64,000 nt of DNA from Adineta vaga (Eukaryota > Animalia > Rotifera), in the NCBI GenBank assembly GCA_021613535.1, contig CP075493.1, forward strand, positions 3,782,001-3,846,000, in the 5' to 3' direction. The stretch's first letter is position 1. Every line of letters begins with the position of its first letter. Position numbers and translations under genes: made by a program. The notes beneath the pieces are model-generated. The model worked only from the letters and a program-made list of their open reading frames with translations. It did no database searches and had not been told where the DNA came from. This document shows, piece after piece, positions 53,201 to 64,000 of this stretch.

Positions 53201-55263
53201 GACAACAGAGAAAAGTAAATTGATTGTTTTATGATTTTGATCATATTTATTTTTTAATATACTTTCTTTAGGAATCTGTTCGTAGTCATCGTGTAACACG
53301 GTTTTATTTACAACATAAAGATGATCCACATGGACCATCTGTATCTTTATTTGTTGGGAATCTACCTCCTGGTCCTCGAACGGAAAAACAGTATGAAAAA
53401 ATTCTTTTTCAAGATATCTTTCAAAATAATAAAGATTTAAAATGGGATAATATGGATGTTATTTATTATGAACATGGAGCAATGGTTTTAGTTTATAATG
53501 ATAGTGATCGTGCAACACGTGCATTTACTATTTTACAAAAAGCATATCATGATCAAAATAAATTATTAGTTTTAATGTTGCCTAATATTCAATCTCAAGT
53601 TTTAACATCAAATATAAGTCCATTACTTGTTTTTGTTAATGTCAAATCAGGTGGACAACAAGGTGCAGAATTAATCACTAATTTTCGTCATTTACTTAAT
53701 CCACATCAAGTTTTTGATTTACAAAATGGTGGACCATTACCTGGCCTTTATGTTTTTCGTAATATTCCACACTATCGTATCTTAGCGTGTGGAGGTGATG
53801 GAACTGTTGGCTGGGTATTAAGTTGTTTAGATAATGTTGGTCAAGATGCTCAATGTCAATCACCACCTATTGGTATCGTACCACTTGGTACAGGAAATGA
53901 TTTAGCACGTGTATTACGATGGGGTTCTGGTTATACGGGTGGTGAAGAACCTTTAGCATTACTCAGGGATATGGTTGATGCCGAAGAAATTAAATTAGAT
54001 CGTTGGACAGTAGTATTTCATCAAGATCAAGATAAACGTGTAACAACAGCAGCATCTGATGTTAACAGTAATAAAAGCACCACAACAGCAGTATTTAATT
54101 CAGCAACAGCAAAAGCAGAAGAGAAAAAACAAAAATTACGAATACTTAATCTACCACCACCAGCTGCTGCATTACCGGTTAGTAATCAAATGTTATTTTT
54201 ATGCACAAATGATCGACGGATTGGACACATATTCTAGAATTTGAATTGAGATAGATTAATAATATTGAAAAAGTTCATAAGAGAAATAAATTGTTTTCTA
54301 TTTAGAATGTCGTTCAGGTTTCAACAAGTGAAGATAAAACAGAAATGTTTGTCATGAATAATTATTTTGGTTTGGGACTTGATGCTGATATTTGTCTGGA
54401 TTTTCATATGGCTCGAGAAGAAAATCCAAATAAATTCAATAGCCGGTATTATAGAAATTTTTCGTTTGATTTTTTACCATGTATTAAATTTTTGTTTAAG
54501 AATACAAGCCAAAGGTTATTATTTAAAAACTGGTTTAAGAAAAATGATGAAAAAAGGTGGTTTAAAAGATTTCACACGAGATATTGTATTAGAAGTTGAT
54601 GGAAAACGTGTTGATCTACCATCTCTGGAAGGCATTGTGATTATGAATATACTCAGGTAAATTTGAATACAAAAGTTGCTTACCGAAAAATCTTTATATT
54701 TTTGTTCTTAAAAATTTGAACTAAAATTTAAATGCACAAAATCCTATTGAATGATAAGAAAAATAATTCTATTCCGATATTTTAGCTGGGCAAGTGGTGC
54801 CAATCTTTGGGGACATGAAAAAGATGATAAATTTAATCGACCAACACATTATGACGGAATGCTAGAAGTTGTTGGTGTCACTGGTATTGTACATCTTGGT
54901 CAAATTCAATCGGGCATACGTTCAGGAATTCGTCTTGCTCAAGGTGGACATGTAAGATTTATAATATTGTTTATGAACATATCTAAATGAATTTGTTTTT
55001 AAGGTTCATATTCGAATGAATAATGATTATCCCGTACCAGTTCAAGTTGATGGTGAACCATGGCTCCAACCTCCTTGTGACATCACTATTATACGATCAG
55101 CACTCAAAGTAAAAACTAATGCATTTTTATCGATGAAATTCATTCGTTTCATATGTATCTATTTTAGGCAACAATGCTTCGAAAACGTAAATCGAAGATT
55201 AAACGTCGTAATACAGAGCCAAGTGTTTACTTTCCTGATCCAGATGATGATTCAAAATGTTGA
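50202..55263 (+). CDS. DGKQ: Diacylglycerol kinase theta (three C1 domains, RA domains, catalytic and accessory domains), many exons
   Basis: [85 protein letters not shown]. Confidence 0.94.
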
Positions 55264-55623
55264 CTTTTTTCGTTCTCCTTTCTTAGCTGGTCTGAGATAA
55301 AACCTTCTCTCTTTCTCTCTTTATATATAGATACAAATCTATTTATCTTCTACAAAATATTCTAGTCATAAAATTATACATAGAACAACACATCGGTGAC
55401 GTGCGTGCTTATTCTCATATTCTATCTTTTTTTAATGTATACATATCAAAACAAAGATAGAGATGTCTTGAAAACATGCGCGTGCATAATATTTCGATGA
55501 CATACATATATAACTAAGCAGAAACAAAAAGTCGTCAAACATCCCTTCTTACTGAAATTCTAGTCGCTGCTGCAGCTGATTGTTTTTTAGGCAAAATTAT
55601 TCTCTCGCAACGTTTTTTGTCTC

Positions 55624-55651
55624 ACTCTCTCTCTCTCTCTCTCTCTCTCTC
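55624..55651. repeat. (CT)n microsatellite downstream of the DGK stop codon
   Basis: Directly visible. Confidence 0.9.
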
Positions 55652-56119
55652 GTTTCTCATTTCTTTTCTCGCGACTGAATAGTGTGTTTGTGTTTTAGTC
55701 CTATCTCTCTCTCTCTTTCGTTTTCTTTTCGTCTATTCTAAATTACACATAACTAACAAACAAACTAACTACTAGAACAGTGATTCTCGTTCGTATTAAC
55801 CTTCTAGATACTTGTGCGGTTTCTTTTTTTTCTCTCTCTCTTTGTCACAAAATGCTATCTATCCTTTGTTTGTTTTCTTTTTTGTGTATAACCGCAGAAG
55901 ATGCTTGTCAAGTATTTGTGTGTGTGCGTGGATGTCGATTTCTTTTATGATTGTTCTATGAGCGTTCTTTTCTTCTACTTCTTTCTCTCTCGACAATTCA
56001 AATAAACATTATACATTTAAGATATTACGTTTGATTTTGTTTGAATCTTACAAATGAATATTAATTGGAGTTGTATTTGAAAAATCTTTGCTTATTTCTA
56101 TAGATTTTTTCAATTAATC

Positions 56120-56549
56120 ATGCCTACGGATACGTCTGGTGCTACATCAGCTAATTCTTATGGTGGATTAGAAGGACCCGAGTCTGTGTATTTAAAATTG
56201 ATCTCATCCGATGGGCACGAATTTGTTGTACGTCGTGACTTTGCAACTATTGCATCACCAACAATCAAAAATATGCTTAGTGGTCCAGGACAGTATTCTG
56301 AATCACAACCAAATGAAATATATCTGAAAGATATTCCATCACATGTACTTATTAATGTTTGTCGTTATTTTGCTTATAAAGCTAAGTATACAAAGTAAGA
56401 AAAATCAATACGTTTGAAAATTTCTTGGTAATAATTATAACTAACTCTTATGTCTTCCCTTTAGTTCATCGATCGATATTCCCGAATTTCCAATTGATAT
56501 ACATGTTGTACTTGAATTACTTGTTGCATCAGATTTTCTCGACTGTTAA
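56120..56549 (+). CDS. ELOC: Elongin C (exons 56120-56394, 56465-56549)
   Basis: YGG.EGP...[43 protein letters not shown]...LELL.ASDFLDC. Confidence 0.93.
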
Positions 56550-57299
56550 TAATCAATCTTTTTCGTATTTTCAACATTTAATCATGGATTTTATAGAGTA
56601 ACTTGAAATTTTCTTCATTTTGTATATGTACTAGGAAACAAAAATATGAGTAATTGCATCCATTTCGTCATTTCTCATTCTAATAAAAATAATCTAGGCA
56701 ATTAATTTGTATTAGAACAACGAATATCAATACATATGAAACGATCGTAATTGCAAACTGCCATTATCATTGAAAATTTAGTGAATGTATGTGAGTAAGA
56801 AAGGCTGGAAGATGTTCGTTTGTTTGAACTCAAGTGAAATAAAAGAATAGCAAATTATCTATATCGATCTTGATTATTGACATAAGCAAATCATTCTTTT
56901 TCTTGATGAAAATATTCGTCTTTTGATTTACTCAGCATTTGCAATAGTATTTTCCAATTGAATAATCAATACTATGTCAACATTTCTTCACTATTATACT
57001 TAATGATATACTCCTTCAATCATATGATTGATTTCGCAGCAACCTCGAATTACTTCCAGCACTTGCATCAACAAGTGACAAATAGCTGACGATTAATGTC
57101 AATTGTTTGAACTTTCCATGTAGAGAGAAAATTGAACATCTATTCGTTAATTTTCATTTGAAATCAAATGAATATTTTCATATATTTCAAGTAAAAGTAA
57201 GCAAATAAGTAACATACGAAACGAAAAGAAGAAGAAGAAGAAGAAGAAGAAGAAATATATATATAAGGAGAAAAGTAAGTTTATTTTGAAAAGAATTCT

Positions 57300-58565
57300 T
57301 TAAGAATTTGTTGAAAAACAAAAGAATATTTGTTTAATTTTTGTACGAAATACTTGTTGAAATTGTGTTGTAAATCGTATATAGATAAAAAAATTTGCCA
57401 AATAAGTTGTTAATTCGAGAACATTAACAACTAGTGCATAATATTTATATGATGATCGGTTAATATCTTTAAAAACAAAATTTGGATATGCAAACAACAT
57501 TGGAATTTGTCCACATAGATAAAGTGTTGATAACCAAATAAGCATAATAGTTAATTGTCGTTCTTGTTGTTGTTTTCTTACATGCATACGAGTTGTTGAA
57601 GATGACGACGATGAGATTGGTGTTGATGATTCTTTTTGAAGTCCATTTAATGAAATATTTGATCCACCTGATAATGATGATGTTGAAAGAAGATTATCAG
57701 TTTGAGATTGAGATTCTGATGTATATTTTGTAACTGCTATTGTATCACTACCATTTGAAGATGGCTGAAGAAAAACTGTTGTTGTTTTTGTTATTGTTGT
57801 TGGTGATGGTGATGGTAGAGATTTTTTTTTCGGTTTAAATTTTTGATTTGCCGAACGAACAGTTGATAATAGAAGACAATTTGAACAGATAAGTATACAA
57901 ATTGGAATAAAACGTAAAAGAATTTCTTTACACATACCAAAATATTCGTAAGCTTTTGTTTTTGCGATTGATGTTAACGAGAGACTATTACAATCATCAA
58001 CTTTATAAACAAGAAAATTAACTGAATTGGCAAGAATCGGAAACAAAAAACAGATCAATAGCGTTATTAGAACTCGATTTGAACTAAATAAACGTTGTTT
58101 TTTCATTGGCCAACGAACACTAACAAGTCGTTCAATTGTTACTGTTAATGTTAAAAGAACATTACATCCCGCTGTTATATTTGCCAATGGAAAATAGACA
58201 TTCACTAAGTACCAAACACGAAAATATTTATCACTTAATGTACGTGGTCGAGTATAATTTGTAATACAATAAATAAAAACAAGTATGCATGTTATACAAT
58301 CAACGAATGCGACAAGACGTAAATATTTGAAGGTTAAATTTTTAAATGAACGATCCGAAAACACGATTAAATTAACCACATTTAATAACAAACCAATAAG
58401 ACATAATGGAGACATAAAATAGAGATAAATTATATGCTCAATTAATTTGTATTGTAATGAGACACTACAATTTCGAATTGGATTTGTTAAATGTCTTGTT
58501 GTTGTTGTTTCACTTAGAATTGTTGAAGTTAAATAATAATCACTAGAAAATGCATTTAAATCCAT
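57300..58565 (-). CDS. Rhodopsin-class peptide GPCR (FMRFamide/sex-peptide-receptor-like), single coding exon
   Basis: TIERLVSVRWP (DRY variant), ILLRFIP, long S/T-rich third intracellular loop, ANFFIY...FQQVF. Confidence 0.88.
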   Translation of the reverse strand: MDLNAFSSDYYLTSTILSETTTTRHLTNPIRNCSVSLQYKLIEHIIYLYFMSPLCLIGLLLNVVNLIVFSDRSFKNLTFKYLRLVAFVDCITCILVFIYCITNYTRPRTLSDKYFRVWYLVNVYFPLANITAGCNVLLTLTVTIERLVSVRWPMKKQRLFSSNRVLITLLICFLFPILANSVNFLVYKVDDCNSLSLTSIAKTKAYEYFGMCKEILLRFIPICILICSNCLLLSTVRSANQKFKPKKKSLPSPSPTTITKTTTVFLQPSSNGSDTIAVTKYTSESQSQTDNLLSTSSLSGGSNISLNGLQKESSTPISSSSSSTTRMHVRKQQQERQLTIMLIWLSTLYLCGQIPMLFAYPNFVFKDINRSSYKYYALVVNVLELTTYLANFFIYIRFTTQFQQVFRTKIKQIFFCFSTNS

Positions 58566-61500
58566 TTGTTATTGTTTGTTTATCAAAATGACTAAGAAAT
58601 TCGCATATCTGAAAAAAAAAGAAAGAGAAAAGAAATAGATTTTCTTTTTTTTCAATGTGGAATATTCAACTTGACATTGTTATTTCCGTTTCGAACATGC
58701 AAACGAACGAATGAAGAATTGTTCCGATCATTAAGAAACTCGCTTACAGGCAATGAACATAAGTGCGCAGTTCGGTTCAGTTCTATTGACATAAGATTGG
58801 AACTTCACGTACTATGTTCTCGGAATAAATTCAATTAATATCTGATCATTACATGTAACTGAGTATTGAGAAATCTCAATGTTGATTGAAGAGATATAAA
58901 CATGAGTAACTAAAGACGATAAATTCAAATAAAAACATTCGACTAATATTAATTAAACATATAGTTATATCAATATATCTAGTATTTCATTCGAGTAGAA
59001 TAGCTTCCTGTACTAGAAGTATCAATTACATGTTTTGTTTTATGTTTGAATAAATGTATATGACCAGTATATCTATTAAAAGAGTTTTTCCTCGATATAA
59101 TTGTCTTGGATTACTTTTGGAAGTAGAAGGAATTCATAGAACAGTTTATCTAACATGACCCTTTAGAATGTAGGAACAACAGTATGTGGAATAGAACCAG
59201 ATCTAAATGTCAATGTCAGAAATTCTTTAATACTTCATCCATCAGGGTAATTATCTTGTATAAAACAAAATCATGTGATTAAACTTAAGAGAAAACTGTT
59301 CTGTATAATAAATCGAATAGAAAAAGAAGTTTACGGAAAACGTTTTTTAAGAAGTACTATTCTCAAAAATAATCACTATATATAGAGTGAAATATTTAAG
59401 TCGATCAGATGGGTGTGGATGAATACATCTCTTATTATTGTAGTATGTTTACTTGTTAAACAGTGCTTAGACTTATATTTACCTTTGTCGCGTACTGACT
59501 AAATACCTCTAGGATATTTTCTAGAAAATCATAACAAGTAATTTCTAAATCTAAGATCAGTACAGATTTAACATATCGTTATGTTAACTATTTTAGCTAC
59601 AAAAAACCATTCGGAAATTTGACTAACCTGGTATCTTCGTCTAGGAAGAAAAAGAAGAGTTTGTCTGATCTTATTCTATCTTTATTATTGGCAACTTAAT
59701 ACACGGTTCGATTCATTATGGAGAAGACAAATGCTCGTGTCAATAAACGACTCTTCTGCTGATTCCGATAAACTTGTCGTTCTAGTAATGGGTGGCATGT
59801 TGAAATAAGTACCCTGGCATCCTGGAAATATTTCTTATCTTTATTGAATTTCTATTGATCAATTCGAATGTCTTAAGAATATAAAGAACATTTGTTTTTC
59901 ATGTCGAAAATCTAATAGACAACCTCGAAGTTTTATTCAACATTAATTGAGATTTGTATTGATGATTAATAAGAAAACATTTTTCCTTTCTGTTTTTCTA
60001 TCGGATATAATTGAAAAAAATCAGACGGTAGAGAGGAAAACAGGAGACTTACCGGAAATAAAATTAGAAAACCTAATAGATTAAAGATCAGGTCAAAACT
60101 ATGTTGTTTTGTTTATCTAAACCCTAAAGAACAAGTTGTGTATAATAGATAGCATATATTTTCTGCTACAACTGTAGCCTTATAGAAAAGAAATATTATG
60201 TGATAGTGATGGATGGGGAAAAATGGCAAAGAAAAAGTATAGACAGTTTTCTCTTCAATGCTATCATCGCCTAATAATATGATTAAGCATGCGAAAGATT
60301 AATAACATTAATTGTCCATCAGAATATTTCTTCTTACTTTTTCAAAAAGGAAAAGATAAAATAATCGATATTAGTTTCATAGTTACACGTCTGAAAAAGA
60401 AATAGTCGTAATCATGATTAAGTAAAACAATGTCATATAAATACGAAGAAGTCAATTGGAAAAAGCCAATGAAACAAACTCAATAAGAAACACCTGTCAA
60501 AATTCGATTTCTTTCAGCTAGTTGGACACTAATAATGTTGTCAAATTTTATCATTGCCAACATACAACTAAGTCTCGTCTATGTAATTATTTACAAAAAT
60601 ATAATTTCCGTTCAGTTTTGAGCGGAAGAGAAAAATTTACATGATTAATATAATTTCTAATTTTCAGCTTACTTAAACAATGTTTGCTTTTTACATTCAG
60701 AAATCTAGAAGAAATATATGTGGTATATGATTATTGTTTGCAACTGTTTGTTTTTTATTTATTACTATTGAGATAACACCAACTTTTCAATCTCATTCAA
60801 CACATACTTTCTCTCTCTCTCTCTATATATATATATATGTATATATGTATGCGTGCTGTATGGGAATCTCAAAAGACGTCATCAATCTGCCTGTCTGTTT
60901 TAATCATCTTCGTTATTATTATTGTTATTAGATGCATTCTAATCAATCTTTCTATATTTAATACATGCGTTTTCTATTATCTTTCATTGGATATGTTCGC
61001 CACTCGAGCATCTAATAATCACAATGTTAAAGAGCACGAGCAAATGGAATACTACAACGATTAATATTAAATTTAAAAAACCTTGGGAATAATTATATCA
61101 ATTGGTTTAGTTGATTCTCTATGGATTATAATACTAAAACTAGAAAAAGAAAGATAGTTGAAAAAGAATAGTCAATAGATATGGATATTATACGATTGAA
61201 TATATATATATTGTCGCTTTTAGTTAGAATATATGCTATCATAACAAAAAAATTTCAAATGAGGAAATGAAAGCATTCTCATTAGTTTGATAGATATACA
61301 GAGGAAATCCTTTATCATACAAAAACAGTTGTTTTGTCATGTAAACTTGACGAACAGCAGTGGTAAGTTTGTAGAAACGATATGAGTACTATAGTGCAAA
61401 GAATAACTACATACACACACACACTCCTTCTTTTTCTTTTTCAAATTACCATATGTGAAAAACTGTTTCGTATTCTGGTATTGTAATTTCCTTTCTAATC

Positions 61501-62671
61501 AGAGCTTTTCACTCCATTGGCATTGAAATATTCTCTACGTATACATATCGATATGCACTATTGAAAAGATAACGACAGCAGCTGTTGGTACCGTTTTGGT
61601 TTGTTAATACGACTTAAACTAACAGACATAGACGACTTCAATGATAAAAAATCCCACGCGACAGAGAGAGAGAAACAGTTCTATCTTATTTCAAATAAAC
61701 AACATACGCATACCATATTCTGTTCGTATGACATAAAGTCGAGTCTGTAATGTTGGTAAATGATGATGACAAGCAATTTCTGTTTCTAGAATAACAGTCA
61801 TATTAACAGAGATATACAGGTCATTGGTTTAGCGTTGAATGCCATTTTCATCGTTCATGGAAAGCGGAAAGAGGGAGAGAGAAACACAACTAAGTAGTTG
61901 GATATTGATATTATGACATTAGCATGTGGGAGGAGAAAAAAGAATGTTCGACGACAGTTTCTTCGCTAAGTGTTGATGAAACTATCTGGCGTTCCATACA
62001 ATTTCTATTGCACTATAACTGTAACAACAACAACAGACATAGCTCAACGAACCGATAATGATAATGTCATTATCTAAAGTAAAAATATTCTTTTCTGTCT
62101 TTCTGTATATGTCATCGTCAACGTTTTCTCTTCTTTATTTCTTCTCGATACTTTCTTTTCAGTTATCTTATTTTGTTATTATATAGAAGATATAATACTT
62201 TTTCAATCCAAATCATAACAAGATTGTAATGTCAACAAAACTGAGAAAGAAGAACGGAAAAAAACGAGTAACTAATTTCTATACGTTTGTCTTTTATATA
62301 TTATTGTTATTTTCTAAGAAATTAACATATCAGAAGAAACGAACTAATTCGAAATAGGAAGAATGTAGAAAATTCAATTATGTCCACAGAATTATTCTTA
62401 TTTAATTAAACGTTGAGAAATTTCTATGAATATATACAAAGATATCTTTGTCAATAAATAGATGATTGATCTATATGTCAAAATAGTTCGTTGCATAGTA
62501 AACAAGCATTGCACTTTAAGTCGATATTCTCGATTGAAAAAAGATATTCACCCATATCTCACTCAATATGAACTTATTTGATTAACATTCGAATATTAAA
62601 CGTTCAAATTAATTTCATTATGACACATTACTCAATATTTATTGACTATTATTTTCGATCTTTTCTCGGCT

Positions 62672-62950
62672 AAACCCATCCCCCCCCCTCTTTTATATTA
62701 GTAGCTCCCGAAGGCTAGTAAATTGCCCACCATACAAAATTCTCGGAGGAGACTTTTTTAAGTCCTTAAGTTTTTAGCGGTTTGAAGTGCTAAAAAAGTT
62801 TTCAGGAATTGTGGGATTTTTACTCTGAATACTAGAAAAATGAATTAAATTTGTATAAAAAAAACTTTGATTTTCGGTTATTTTACGATAAAAATACCGC
62901 TAAAACTTCTCGAAAGCAAGAAGACTGCTATTATGGAGGAGGAGAGCTTA
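62672..62950. mobile_element. Possible degenerate inverted-repeat element
   Basis: Nested imperfect inverted matches: AGTTTTTAGCGGTTT (~62769) vs AATACCGCTAAAACT (~62893), and CTCTTTTATATTAGTAGCTC (~62688) vs GACTGCTATTATGGAGGAGGAG (~62923). Confidence 0.35.
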
Positions 62951-64000
62951 GGAAAAACACACCCATCCTAGAAAGGATACATTTTTTGTCGCACAACAGT
63001 TTATATTCTAACATTATATAGATATAATAACGAACAGATATCGCTATAAAGATGTTTATATTGATTAATGAAAAACATTCGAATATTTTTCTGATTTGAA
63101 ATCCATGAAGATTCCTGTTTTCTTTTACTCATTGTATGAGAGAGGAAAAGCAAACTAAGAGAACATAGTTTTCTTACACGCGATCTATCAAAAGTCAATC
63201 GACTAGTTAATTAAGAGAATTAGAGATTGATAATGTGATTATATGATACAAAACGAAATCTTTGAAATAATCAATTTTAGAAATAAAATATTAAACTTTC
63301 TACTTATCTTGAGAAGACTTTGTGAAAAGCAAACGAGTCGTCTAGGTGTTTAACCATACGATTCACATCATATATATATATATATATTTATGTTCATGTC
63401 CAATTGCCTCGATTGAAGCATACCTTCAAATAATAAATGATCGGTAAATGATGTGATCTCAAGGGAAAAGATGTGTTTCCTATTCCTTTCAAATTGTTTG
63501 TCATTTGGATATTTATCAAAAAGAAATGTTTATGATCTGTAACGAGATCATTGTTTTGAATATAGAAAATTTCCCTACGAAGAAATCATTTTCTCTATTG
63601 AAAATCGCAATTGACAAGCAAAGAAAATCTTTTCGTTACTTTCTGACAAATGATTGTTAATTACTGATGCCAACAAAGATTTAGATGAATGATTTCTTTT
63701 CGTTTCTCCTTGAATAAACCGTAAGAAATATTTTAACCTTTTAAACATACGGAAAAGAAACTTTTCAGAATTTATACAACATAAATTCAATATTATCTTG
63801 ATATTCAATTAAAACTAAGAATACCGCATAGATAAATTTCAATTCTGTTTCCTACTTAAAAAACCTAATTATTCAAGAAACTTTACCATACATGAAGAGT
63901 ACCATTGTTTTGTATTACACAATTCAAATTTCTAATACAAGAACTGAAAACAGGAATCAATTTCTTTCTTTTTAAAATACTGAGTACATTGCACGCAAGA

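Noticed and set aside
60734-63808. Short ORFs near the window end
   Set aside because: Low-complexity or microsatellite-derived, with no protein-like features.

Overview
Eukaryotic (animal) genomic DNA: AT-rich, gene-dense, with many ~50-65 nt GT-AG introns. Several intronless genes of non-metazoan-looking families plus divergent intronless GPCRs suggest a bdelloid rotifer (inference). Conserved animal genes: an AT-hook protein, TRMT44, a rhotekin-like protein, a divergent cyclin, orthopedia (otp), a sialate O-acetylesterase, DGK-theta, Elongin C and two GPCRs. The central feature is a ~19.5 kb gene (18781-38296) that I assembled by hand from 8 phase-consistent exons. It encodes a ~6,100-aa protein: type II membrane anchor, RRKR site, Tyr-rich acidic and basic blocks, a ~16 kb hierarchical Thr/Pro/Gln/Gly mucin-like repeat, and a C-terminal ~290-aa domain resembling bacterial choice-of-anchor A (ice-binding-like adhesive) domains. 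It is bracketed by two tandem pairs of LicD-family phosphotransferases. Nearby are a GT92/GT2-like glycosyltransferase and a head-to-head MBOAT O-acyltransferase / O-acetylesterase pair. Together these suggest a giant adhesin inside a glycan-decoration neighbourhood. All family assignments come from recognising motifs by eye; no database search was run.
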